Shown: positions 20,693 to 29,267 of the stretch, piece after piece
Position numbering within the stretch: the first letter of the stretch is position 1
Layout: the number at the start of each line of letters is the position of its first letter
Origin: Aliivibrio fischeri ES114
GTDB taxonomy: Bacteria; Pseudomonadota; Gammaproteobacteria; Enterobacterales; Vibrionaceae
NCBI RefSeq assembly: GCF_000011805.1
Contig: NC_006841.2
Reading direction: 5' to 3' (one strand)
Length of the DNA: 32,000 nucleotides
The notes under the pieces: model-generated
What the model saw: only the letters and a program-made list of their open reading frames with translations
What the model was told of the DNA's origin: nothing
Database searches by the model: none
Position numbers and translations under genes: made by a program

Positions 20693-21262
20693 TTATTTGT
20701 TATTTTTAGCATAACAAGGACAATTTACCAAGTGATCATTTACAACCCCTGTTGCTTGTAGAAAGGCATAGCAAATCGTAGATCCTACAAACTTAAAACC
20801 TCTCTTTTTTAAATCTTTACTTAATTTATCTGATAATTCGGTTGTTGCAGGTACATCATTAATCACTTCCCAGTGATTAATGATCGGTTTTTGATCGACA
20901 TAAGACCAAAGGTAATTTGAAAAACTGCCAAATTCTTGTTGTATCTTTATAAAGGCATTCGCATTCGTAATCACCGAATTAATTTTAAGTCGATTACGTA
21001 TAATTCTGGAATCTTGCATTAAAGATTCCACTTTATCTTGATCATATTGAATGATCTTTTGTAAATCAAAACCATCAAATAATAATCGGTAGCCTTCACG
21101 TTTCTTTAAAATCGTCGACCAACTTAAGCCAGCCTGAGCTCCTTCTAAAATTAAATACTCGAATAACTCATGATCAGAATAAACAGGTACCCCCCATTCA
21201 TTATCATGATATTCCCTATCTAAATCAGAAACCTCTGCCCAGTGACATCGCTCTTTTCTCAT
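20693..21262 (-). CDS. tag: DNA-3-methyladenine glycosylase I
   Basis: RCHWAEVSDLDREYHDNEWGVPVYSDHELFEYLILEGAQAGLSWSTILKKREGYRLLFDGFD; QATGVVNDHLVNCPCY. Confidence 0.95.
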   Translation of the reverse strand: MRKERCHWAEVSDLDREYHDNEWGVPVYSDHELFEYLILEGAQAGLSWSTILKKREGYRLLFDGFDLQKIIQYDQDKVESLMQDSRIIRNRLKINSVITNANAFIKIQQEFGSFSNYLWSYVDQKPIINHWEVINDVPATTELSDKLSKDLKKRGFKFVGSTICYAFLQATGVVNDHLVNCPCYAKNNK

Positions 21263-21379
21263 TTCCTTACCACCTTTTTTATATACAATTTAACTGAGCT
21301 CACACAACAGATAATGCATGCATATCCAAAATTTAACTTATGTTACCATTCATTAACCAGTTTAATTGAGCCGATATAT

Positions 21380-21820
21380 ATGAAAGCATTCGCAGTTTTG
21401 ATCAAAGCCTTTCTTATCCTATTACTATTGTGTACTGGTTTTTTCTTTACTGAAATAAGCACCTATGTAAAAAGCTATGTAAGCCCCAAAATTCAGCTTG
21501 AAAATACTTGTCATTTATCAACACAAACTTGTCAGCAAGGTGACGTATCCATCACGCTTGAAAAAGATACATTAACGCCGTTACAACCTAGCTCTATTTT
21601 AGTGAACTGGCCTAATCGAAATGCCAAAAACCTCATTATTACTCTACAAGGCTACGATATGGCAATGGGAAACCCGACATTTAAGTTATTACCCAATAAA
21701 GACAAAAGCTACTCTGGCGATATTTTACTTCCTATTTGTACACAAAACACCATGATTTGGATCGGAACCATTAGTGATGGTAACACCTCTATTAATGTTT
21801 CATTAAAGGCAGAACAATGA
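21380..21820 (+). CDS. Hypothetical membrane-anchored protein, first gene of a Sco1/PCuAC cluster
   Basis: N-terminal hydrophobic helix (MKAFAVLIKAFLILLLLCTGFFF) then a soluble ~120-aa domain; stop overlaps the Sco1 start (ATGA). Confidence 0.75.
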   Translation: MKAFAVLIKAFLILLLLCTGFFFTEISTYVKSYVSPKIQLENTCHLSTQTCQQGDVSITLEKDTLTPLQPSSILVNWPNRNAKNLIITLQGYDMAMGNPTFKLLPNKDKSYSGDILLPICTQNTMIWIGTISDGNTSINVSLKAEQ

Positions 21821-22377
21821 AAAAAGTCTTAATTATCACTCTTATTATTTTATCCGGATTTGGGTTAAAGCAGCTCTATTTATCAATAACAGCCAACAGT
21901 ACACAGCTTTATGGTGCACAAAATCAACCAATAAACCTTTTTGACGAAACCGACCATAGAATACGTATTGTTTACTTTGGCTTTACTCGGTGCCCTGATG
22001 TTTGCCCAACATCTTTAGCTATGCTAGCAGGAGCTTTCAACCAAATTAACAAAACAACGTTATCTCAATTTAAACCCGTATTTATCACGTTAGACCCTGA
22101 GCGTGATGATGCTGAGCATGCTGCTGAATATGCCCACTATTTCCATCAATCAATAGAAGGTAGTTCAGGTTCACTTCAAACCATTACACAATTAGCTGAA
22201 CGTTATGGCGTTGTTTTTCATAAAACGGAACTGCCTAATTCAGAATTAAAATACACGATTGACCATTCGTCTTATTTTTACTTTTTAGAACCCAATGGCA
22301 CTTTAATTACCAAAGTGCTGCATACAATAACACCAGCTCCCATAGTGAAAGCAATTAATGAACTTTCACAGCAATAA
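21817..22377 (+). CDS. SCO1/SenC family copper/redox protein
   Basis: RIVYFGFTRCPDVCPTSLAMLAGAF, VFITLDPERDDAEHAAEYAHYF, DHSSYFYFLEPNG. Confidence 0.93.
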   Translation: MKKVLIITLIILSGFGLKQLYLSITANSTQLYGAQNQPINLFDETDHRIRIVYFGFTRCPDVCPTSLAMLAGAFNQINKTTLSQFKPVFITLDPERDDAEHAAEYAHYFHQSIEGSSGSLQTITQLAERYGVVFHKTELPNSELKYTIDHSSYFYFLEPNGTLITKVLHTITPAPIVKAINELSQQ

Positions 22378-22402
22378 TGACACTTTAAAAGGAATATTAA
22401 CC

Positions 22403-22849
22403 ATGAAAAAAACATTGCTTGCTCTTAGTGCTCTATTTATTAGTTCGGCTTCTTTTGCACAAAGTGATTTGATCATCGAAAATCCATACGCACGCGCAAC
22501 GCCACCAAATGCAGTAAATAGTGCTATTTTCATGACCATTAAAAATAATGGTGATAAAGACCGTACTTTGGTTTCTGCTACGACATCAGCGGCTAATAAG
22601 GTTGAACTTCACACTGTTGTAAAAAGTGACGGAATGATGAAAATGCGTGAAGTGGACTCCATGACAATAGCAAAAGACTCTGAAACGGTTTTAAAGCCTG
22701 GAGGCCTACATATCATGCTTTTTGAACTAACAGGTCCGCTAAAAGAAGAAGAATTTATTGATGTAAGCCTTAACTTTGCAAATGGTGATAAAGAAGTATT
22801 TAAAGCGCCAGTGAAGAAAGTCATGGCTGGAATGAAGCACAAAATGTAA
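22403..22849 (+). CDS. PCu(A)C family periplasmic copper chaperone
   Basis: Signal peptide MKKTLLALSALFISSASFAQ; ENPYARATPPNAVNSAIFMTIKN; VELHTVVKSDGMMKMREVDS, GGLHIMLF copper-ligand pattern. Confidence 0.92.
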   Translation: MKKTLLALSALFISSASFAQSDLIIENPYARATPPNAVNSAIFMTIKNNGDKDRTLVSATTSAANKVELHTVVKSDGMMKMREVDSMTIAKDSETVLKPGGLHIMLFELTGPLKEEEFIDVSLNFANGDKEVFKAPVKKVMAGMKHKM

Positions 22850-22950
22850 TCATGTCTTATTAGTAAGTCAGCATGTCCGATTAGAGATATATGTAATTAA
22901 TTGTACCTGTCAAACTGCATCCCATTATCCTCTGATGAGATGCAGTTCAC

Positions 22951-23847
22951 ATGTATTATCTTTTACCGCTATTCACCGTACTCATTTGGGGCGGAAATTC
23001 TATCATCAATAAGATGGCAGCTTCTGCTATCGAACCTAGCGCAATGAGCTTTTATCGTTGGGCTTTTGCCATGCTGATTTTAACTCCGTTTTGCTTACCA
23101 TCTGTTATTAAATCTCGTCATGTGATCCGTCCGTATTTAAGCAAATTGGCTTTCTTAGCCTTACTTGGCATGGTATTAAACCAATCTCTTGGTTATTACG
23201 CAGGTTTAACGACTACGGCTTCAAATATGTCGTTAATCACCTCACTAGTGCCATTAATCAGTATCTTTCTTAGTCTTCCGTTATTGGGAAAACGTATTTC
23301 AGCATTAAGTATTGTCGGTGCCGTGATTTCACTTGCGGGCCTAACATTTATGCTTGGTCACGGAGATATGACTTTCTTTTTACATCAACCAATTACAGAA
23401 GGTGATGGCTTGATGGTAATCGCAGCCCTCTCCTATGGTGCGTATTGCGTATTATTAAAGCGCTGGAAAATGCCAATTACTAACTGGCAACTTATTTACA
23501 TGCAAGGTATGTTTGCTGTCGCAATGCTAACACCATTGTGGTTAACAAGTGATAGCCTATTACCAACAGAAAGCTCGATTCCACTCATCATGTACGCGTC
23601 AATTGCTGCTTCTATTTTAGCACCTTGGATGTGGGTAAAAGCAATTGATGTAATTGGTGCAGAATCAAGTGCGATGTTCATGAATTTACTACCAGTAGTT
23701 GCGGTATCGTTAGCTGCAATCCTACTAGGTGAGAAGATTGAAAGTTATCATCTGATGGGCGGAATAATGGTTATCTCTGGTGTTATCTTGGCACAAATTA
23801 AAACCAAGAAAGCCAAACAAGAAGCAAGCGTTCTCGTTAAAGCCTAA
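22951..23847 (+). CDS. EamA-family (drug/metabolite) transporter
   Basis: Multi-spanning, IWGGNSIINKMAASAIEPSAMSFYRWAFAM and second repeat GAESSAMFMNLLPVVAVSLAAILLGEKI. Confidence 0.88.
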   Translation: MYYLLPLFTVLIWGGNSIINKMAASAIEPSAMSFYRWAFAMLILTPFCLPSVIKSRHVIRPYLSKLAFLALLGMVLNQSLGYYAGLTTTASNMSLITSLVPLISIFLSLPLLGKRISALSIVGAVISLAGLTFMLGHGDMTFFLHQPITEGDGLMVIAALSYGAYCVLLKRWKMPITNWQLIYMQGMFAVAMLTPLWLTSDSLLPTESSIPLIMYASIAASILAPWMWVKAIDVIGAESSAMFMNLLPVVAVSLAAILLGEKIESYHLMGGIMVISGVILAQIKTKKAKQEASVLVKA

Positions 23848-23874
23848 TTAAAATTTATAGCTTACATACATAAT

Positions 23875-23899
23875 AAAGCCGACTATTAATGTCGGCTTT
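23875..23899. terminator. Bidirectional terminator between EamA and sigZ genes
   Basis: AAAGCCGAC-TATTAAT-GTCGGCTTT followed by further T residues. Confidence 0.88.
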
Positions 23900-23920
23900 T
23901 TAGTACAAAGAATCAGTCAT

Positions 23921-24466
23921 TTAACAACGGTTACACTTTCCCGTTTTAGATTGATATTCGATTAAATTCCCTTGAACATCTATAGAGAAATCACAACAAT
24001 TCGTAAATAAGTCATGTAATTTTTCACGGCTTTTCTTTACTCTCGATTTTAACGTTGAGTATTTTAATCCATGTTTTTCTGCATACTCTTTTTGAGATAT
24101 GCCTTCGATTTCAATAGCTGATAATAATTTCGCATCTTCATTCGATAGCTGTTCAATAAAAGGCAAAAGACATCGTGAAAGCTCTTTCATTACTTGCTCT
24201 TCATTTTCTTCATCGAACCATAAATCATCTGCTAGTAACTCTGTTCGCCTGTTATTTTGGCGGTAAAAATCAATAATCGTATTATTTGCTATTTGAAATA
24301 TCCATGATTTTACCTTTTTAGTATCCGAGATCGTTTTCAGGTTTTTATGCGTTTTAATCAAGATCTCTTGAAGCAAGTCTTCAACATCTTCAGGATTAGA
24401 CACTTTACTGCGTAAAAACGCTTTTAAACTTAATTGATACTCGGACCAAATCACTTCTAATTTCAT
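23921..24466 (-). CDS. sigZ: ECF RNA polymerase sigma factor, SigZ type
   Basis: Sigma-2 region (NPEDVEDLLQEILIKTHKNLKTI..VKSWIFQIANNTIIDFYRQ), sigma-4 region (IEGISQKEYAEKHGLKYSTLKSRVKKSREKL), SigZ-like cysteine tail. Confidence 0.8.
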   Translation of the reverse strand: MKLEVIWSEYQLSLKAFLRSKVSNPEDVEDLLQEILIKTHKNLKTISDTKKVKSWIFQIANNTIIDFYRQNNRRTELLADDLWFDEENEEQVMKELSRCLLPFIEQLSNEDAKLLSAIEIEGISQKEYAEKHGLKYSTLKSRVKKSREKLHDLFTNCCDFSIDVQGNLIEYQSKTGKCNRC

Positions 24467-24517
24467 ATCAATTACTTACCTTTATACTTTCTAATTTTTT
24501 GGCGGTACAAACAACTT

Positions 24518-24542
24518 AAGGTAACCAATAGTTGGTTACCTT
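24518..24542. repeat. Perfect 11-bp inverted repeat with 3-nt spacer upstream of sigZ
   Basis: AAGGTAACCAA-TAG-TTGGTTACCTT. Confidence 0.85.
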
Positions 24543-24576
24543 GATTAAAGTTTACTATTTGTTGCTATGAATACAA

Positions 24577-25287
24577 CTAATTACAGCATGAGCTTGAATC
24601 CGTTGAACAGCGTCCTTCTGCACATTCTGCCTCTGTACCATTCATTACATGAGCTAAATAGGTATTTTTTAAATAAAAGCCACTAAAGGTTGCGACAAAA
24701 TCTTGCGGTACTGTTTTCTCTGCAAGACCAGATTCAATAAGTGAAGCCTGCCATTTTTGAACTTTAGGGAAGCCATCAAGCATATCAAACCCTGATTGAT
24801 CTTTAATGACAGCTGCACGATGTAACAATGGAAGCCAAGCAATATCAACATTTGAGATATAGTCACCTTTAAAAAACAATGAATCACTCAATTTACCTTC
24901 CGCCTTAGCGAACGCTTTAGAAAGATTAGCCAAACGTGTCTCAAAAGTTTCTTTGTCTTTACTTCCCATGGTTCCACATTGCGGCATGTAATGCTTACTC
25001 GCTTGATATGACCATGCACGATCAATTGCTCGCTGTTCTGGTGTAAGATCTTCAATTGGCGCGTATTTATCATCAAGATATTCAACAATAGCATCCGACT
25101 CAAACAACACCGTCTTATCTTCTGTGATCAATACTGGCACTTGACCATTTGGCGCAATATCCAAGAACCACTGTGGTTTATTATTCAATTCAATGTATTC
25201 AATTTCAAACGCCACATTCTTTGTCACTAACGCTCCCATTACACGTTGTACAAATGGGCAATTGTTAAAGCTAATTAATTTAATCAT
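24577..25287 (-). CDS. Glutathione S-transferase family protein with cysteine-rich C-terminal tail
   Basis: MIKLISFNNCPFVQRVMGALVTKNVAFEIEYIELNNKPQWFLDIAPNGQVPVLI...TVLFESDAIVEYLDDKY; supplied ORF extends to 25383 but ATG 25287 fits the conserved start. Confidence 0.85.
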   Translation of the reverse strand: MIKLISFNNCPFVQRVMGALVTKNVAFEIEYIELNNKPQWFLDIAPNGQVPVLITEDKTVLFESDAIVEYLDDKYAPIEDLTPEQRAIDRAWSYQASKHYMPQCGTMGSKDKETFETRLANLSKAFAKAEGKLSDSLFFKGDYISNVDIAWLPLLHRAAVIKDQSGFDMLDGFPKVQKWQASLIESGLAEKTVPQDFVATFSGFYLKNTYLAHVMNGTEAECAEGRCSTDSSSCCN

Positions 25288-25370
25288 GGTGTTACTCCAA
25301 AGTGGTTCGTTATTTGTATTTACATCTATAAGACGAAACCGATTTAGAAAAGACGACATTTTAATAAAAA

Positions 25371-25396
25371 AAATCCCCATCAAAGATGATGAGGAT
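25371..25396 (-). terminator. Terminator downstream of the YdcH-like gene
   Basis: Minus strand AATCCTCATC-ATCTTT-GATGGGGATT followed by TTTTTT, one internal mismatch. Confidence 0.8.
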
Positions 25397-25423
25397 TAGA
25401 TATGATTAAAAACTCTCAATGAA

Positions 25424-25681
25424 CTAATGCATTATTTGCTCATGATGTTCAATTAACTGCTTATGTAATACGTCTTTTAATTCCATACGCTGACGCTTTA
25501 ATGCATGCATACTATCATCGTCAATTGGGCTACCTGATATCTCTAATTGTCGAATGTCATAATCAAGTTGATGATACTGTTGGAGATCAGCTTTAAATTT
25601 AGGATCATCATGATTAAGCTGAACAATATCCAATTTAAGCTCTGGAAAATCTAAGATAAAAGCGTGGTTTTCATTTAGCAT
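25424..25681 (-). CDS. YdcH/DUF465 family small protein
   Basis: MLNENHAFILDFPELKLDIVQLNHDDPKFKADLQQYHQLDYDIRQLE...RQRMELKDVLHKQL typical DUF465 pattern; ATG 25681. Confidence 0.82.
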   Translation of the reverse strand: MLNENHAFILDFPELKLDIVQLNHDDPKFKADLQQYHQLDYDIRQLEISGSPIDDDSMHALKRQRMELKDVLHKQLIEHHEQIMH

Positions 25682-25783
25682 TGGCACTTCCTTTTCTATC
25701 AGATTACCTATCAGTATAGGAGCAATCCACCAAAAGAAATGTGCCGCATCACTCAAAGTTAGTCACGAATCTTCTAGCAGATA

Positions 25784-26578
25784 CTAACCCTCTGCAAGTT
25801 GGTCTTCGTGCTTCGCCACTTTATGTCCATCTTCTGTACAGCCCTCTTTCCAGTAGCTGCTAATATAAAGATCGTCTTTATCGACTTCCTTTTCATTACG
25901 GAAATACGTACGAAGCGCTCTCATGTTGTTAAATTCACACGCACTCCATACAGCAACTCGACCGGCTTTCCACTCTTGTGAGCGAACCGTATCTGTTAAT
26001 CCTTTCTCATCAGATTTAATGACCCATACAAGTTCAATACCTTGCGGTTTCGCTAGATCTTGCTTATCTGACGAATGGTTAATTTCAATAACCGCATAAC
26101 CTATTGCCGTTGTAGGCAGAGCTTCAAGTTTTGCAGATAATGCCGGTAACGCTGTCATATCAGCAACTAAGAAGAACCAATCTGCTTCTGCATTTAATCC
26201 TTTGATACTTCCTGGGCCAGCAATTGAAATCGTATCGCCATTAACGGCATTTTGAGCCCAAGCAGATGCAAAGCCTCCAGTTTCAGACGTCATCGCTGCA
26301 TTCGCATGATGATGGCGAACAAAGTCGACATCCAGCTCATTCTGCTCTTTTCTCAAATTACGCACGGTATAAGTGCGCATCATTGGACGAGTGCCGTCAG
26401 GAATACCAGAAAGATCGGTTCCGCCATTGTCATTAAACAACAGCTTGATGTAACCGCCTTCACTTTCCATATTAAAATCAGACAGGTCTTCAGCTTTAAA
26501 CGTAATACGCTGCATATTAGAAGTAAATTGCACACTCTTTAAGACAGTCAGCACTCGTGGTGAGGGTTTATTACTCAT
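25784..26578 (-). CDS. Siderophore-interacting protein, ViuB-like FAD-binding ferric-siderophore reductase
   Basis: MRTYTVRNLR, VDFVRHHHANAAMTSETGGFASAWAQNAVNGDTISIAGPGS, DWFFLVADMTALPALSAKLE, YWKEGCTEDGHK. Confidence 0.9.
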   Translation of the reverse strand: MSNKPSPRVLTVLKSVQFTSNMQRITFKAEDLSDFNMESEGGYIKLLFNDNGGTDLSGIPDGTRPMMRTYTVRNLRKEQNELDVDFVRHHHANAAMTSETGGFASAWAQNAVNGDTISIAGPGSIKGLNAEADWFFLVADMTALPALSAKLEALPTTAIGYAVIEINHSSDKQDLAKPQGIELVWVIKSDEKGLTDTVRSQEWKAGRVAVWSACEFNNMRALRTYFRNEKEVDKDDLYISSYWKEGCTEDGHKVAKHEDQLAEG

Positions 26579-26589
26579 AACTTAATCCT

Positions 26590-27351
26590 TTATTGTCCGT
26601 AATACATACAAATACGTTGGCCATTAACTTCATGGATATCAAACTCGGTTTCATATATTTCAGACAACACCTCTTTTCTAATAACTTCAGCAACGGTACC
26701 ATTAGCCACCACTTTGCCTTTTTTAAGTGCCACGATATTGTCTGAATAGCATGATGCGAAATTAATATCGTGAATAACAATAACAACCGCTTTACCTAGT
26801 TCATGAGCCAACGTCTTAATGTTTTTCATGATTTGCAATGAATGTTTAATATCTAAGTTATTTAGTGGTTCATCTAAAAATACATAATCCGTATCTTGCG
26901 CAACAACCATAGCAATGAACGCTAATTGACGTTGACCGCCACTTAATTGATCTAAATATTTATTCTGAATAGGCTCGAGATCTAAATAGCGAATTGCCTT
27001 ATCCATCACTTCATTATCGTGCTTTGTGAGTTTGCCTTGGCTATATGGAAAGCGACCAAAGGCAACAAGCTCACGAACCGTAAAACGCATATTTAAATTA
27101 TTAGATTGTCGAAGTACCGCTAATTTCTTCGCTAGGGCTTTAGTATCCCAATCCACCACTTCTTGGTTTTCGATGAGAACACTACCGCTGTCTTTTGCTA
27201 ACAAGCGACTTGCCATGGATAACACGGTACTTTTACCTGCCCCATTCGGTCCAATGATCGACGTAACTTCACCTTTAACAAAAGAAGCGGAAGCTTGGTC
27301 TACTACTTTTTGCTGACCAAATGATTTAGATAGTTGAGATAATGAAATCAT
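26590..27351 (-). CDS. Iron-siderophore ABC transporter ATP-binding protein
   Basis: Walker A GPNGAGKST, signature LSGGQRQ, Walker B DYVFLDEPLNNLD, H-loop HDINFA; downstream of two FecCD permease genes. Confidence 0.92.
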   Translation of the reverse strand: MISLSQLSKSFGQQKVVDQASASFVKGEVTSIIGPNGAGKSTVLSMASRLLAKDSGSVLIENQEVVDWDTKALAKKLAVLRQSNNLNMRFTVRELVAFGRFPYSQGKLTKHDNEVMDKAIRYLDLEPIQNKYLDQLSGGQRQLAFIAMVVAQDTDYVFLDEPLNNLDIKHSLQIMKNIKTLAHELGKAVVIVIHDINFASCYSDNIVALKKGKVVANGTVAEVIRKEVLSEIYETEFDIHEVNGQRICMYYGQ

Positions 27352-27359
27352 ACGTTTCT

Positions 27360-28310
27360 CTATTGAATTTTTTGTCTAACTAACAGTGATAAGAAATACA
27401 AACCACCGATAAAATTAATTACTACGCTTAATGTCGTTTCAAACTTAAATATGTTTTCGATAACCCATTGCCCTGAAAGCAACATCGACATTGCCATTAA
27501 ACTGCTTCCCAGTAGCAAAGTACGATGACGATAGGTATGAAAAAACTCTTTCGCTAAGTTCGCTACCAACAAACCAAAGAACATCACAGGGCCAACTAAT
27601 GCCGTTGAAACCGAAATTAAAATCGCCACTAAGATAAGTACTTGTTTTGTCACTTTACCAACATCAACACCTAAGCTGGTCGCGTTATCATTATCTAGCC
27701 AAAACACATCGAGAATATTCGACATTCTAAAAAGAACCGCACTAATAAGAAGTAATGGAATCACACAAAAATAAACGAGATCTTTGTTAATGTTATTAAA
27801 ACTGGCAAACATACTAGATTGGATCGAAGCAAAATCATTTGGATCGACCAACATCGTGAAGAAAGAAGAAATGTTAGAAAATAGCTGTCCAAAAATCACC
27901 CCAAGCAACAATAAGGTAATTACGTTACTGTTGTTTTTCTTGAAGTAAAATCCAAATAACAATAAAGAAAACCCGACCATTATCACAACTGACATCGCAA
28001 AGTTTAAAAATGGATTTAGTATGAAAACACTAAAGCTACCAAAAATAACAACAACCAATACTTGAGTAAGTAAATACAAGGCATCAAAGCCCATGATACT
28101 TGGCGTTAAAATACGGTTGTGCGTGATGGTTTGAAAAACCAAAGACGATTGAGCAATTGCAATACTGGCTAAGATCATCGCCAATACTTTAGGTACACGG
28201 CGTGACAAAAAGTATTCATAATTTGAAGCGTCAAGCCCAATACCAATAAACAAAAAGGTAAATAATACGGTAATGAAAGCCAATGCCGTTAATTTAATTG
28301 AATCAGACAT
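27360..28310 (-). CDS. FecCD-family iron-siderophore permease (second permease)
   Basis: Full-length multi-spanning FecCD protein with PSIMGFDALYLLTQ, NATSLGVDVGKV, GPVMFFGLLVANLAKEFF. Confidence 0.9.
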   Translation of the reverse strand: MSDSIKLTALAFITVLFTFLFIGIGLDASNYEYFLSRRVPKVLAMILASIAIAQSSLVFQTITHNRILTPSIMGFDALYLLTQVLVVVIFGSFSVFILNPFLNFAMSVVIMVGFSLLLFGFYFKKNNSNVITLLLLGVIFGQLFSNISSFFTMLVDPNDFASIQSSMFASFNNINKDLVYFCVIPLLLISAVLFRMSNILDVFWLDNDNATSLGVDVGKVTKQVLILVAILISVSTALVGPVMFFGLLVANLAKEFFHTYRHRTLLLGSSLMAMSMLLSGQWVIENIFKFETTLSVVINFIGGLYFLSLLVRQKIQ

Positions 28311-29194
28311 TTTGCTTACCTTTTACGATAAAGAAAATAAACACCATTCCACCAAGAATACTAATGATCATAGAGATAGGAAATAAAAAAGGTGTTGTTT
28401 TCTGTGTTTGCTGTGGTTGAATAAATAAGAAAGAAATAAACATAAAATTGTGCTACTAAGTTAGGAACAATGAGACCAAGGAAAGGTAATTGACCGACAA
28501 TCATTACTACTGTTGCCGACATAACAGAAACTAAAATGATGCCAAGAAATAGAATTTGCTTGTAATTCAAGCCAATATTAATAGCGAAGTCTTTACCCAT
28601 GCCAACAGCAGATAGACGTGTTGCATACCAATAGCTGATCACTGAGATAGGGATTGCGATATACAGTAATTCGTAATTACCTTGAAGAATGTTGGCAAAA
28701 TTGGCTACTGTCCACGCAGAAAGGTTTTGTACTGCATCATATTTATAGGCAACAAAGGTAGCGGCAGAAGAGACAACATTACCAAAAATAATACCGATAA
28801 GAGGTACATAAATGGCATTTTTAAATTGAATACGATGAATAAACTGAATGAAAAGAAGCGTACCACCAATTGCCATTGCAAAAATGAGTAGTAAATTATC
28901 ACCATGCCCAAAGAGTACTAAACTCAATACGTAGCCCAACATAGCACATTCGATGGTGCCTGAGGTTGATGGTGCAGCAAATCGATTTTGGCTAATCTGT
29001 TGCATAATTAGACCAGCAATACTCAAACCGGCACCAGATAATAAAATCGCTAATAAACGTGGTAAACGACTTACCATAAGAAGTTCTAAAGCTTCCGTAT
29101 CACCACGAAATATAGCTGACAGCGGTAAATCAGCAACGCCAATAAATACCGAAGCAAAACTCAATACAATAAGAACAAGCAATAACTTTTTCAA
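28303..29194 (-). pseudogene. FecCD-family iron-siderophore permease (first permease), apparently with internal deletion/frameshift near the 3' end
   Basis: Uninterrupted ORF 29194 (TTG) to 28361 carries FecCD motifs up to QLPFLGLIVPNLVAQFY, then an atypical tail YVYFFLIYSTTANTENNTFFISYLYDH; conserved-looking C-terminal sequence PISMIISILGGMVFIFFIVKGKQNV is present in another frame at about 28377-28303, ending over the next gene's start. Confidence 0.6.
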
Positions 29195-29213
29195 AGCTAA
29201 CCTCAGCCTGCAC

Positions 29214-29246
29214 AAAGCGTGCTATCTCAGTGAAATAACACGCTTT
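29214..29246. repeat. Intercistronic stem-loop between siderophore-binding protein and permease genes
   Basis: AAAGCGTGCTAT-CTCAGTGAA-ATAACACGCTTT; 12-bp stem with one position that is G-U in the minus-strand RNA. Confidence 0.8.
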
Positions 29247-29267
29247 ACAGTAGAATTAGAAATAAAT

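Noticed and set aside
24669-25399. ORFs 24669-24887, 24888-25103 and 25193-25399 around the GST gene
   Set aside because: Alternate-frame ORFs over a well-supported GST.
26252-27316. Plus-strand ORFs opposite the ViuB-like gene and ABC ATPase (26252-26542, 27026-27316)
   Set aside because: Antisense shadows of strongly conserved domains.
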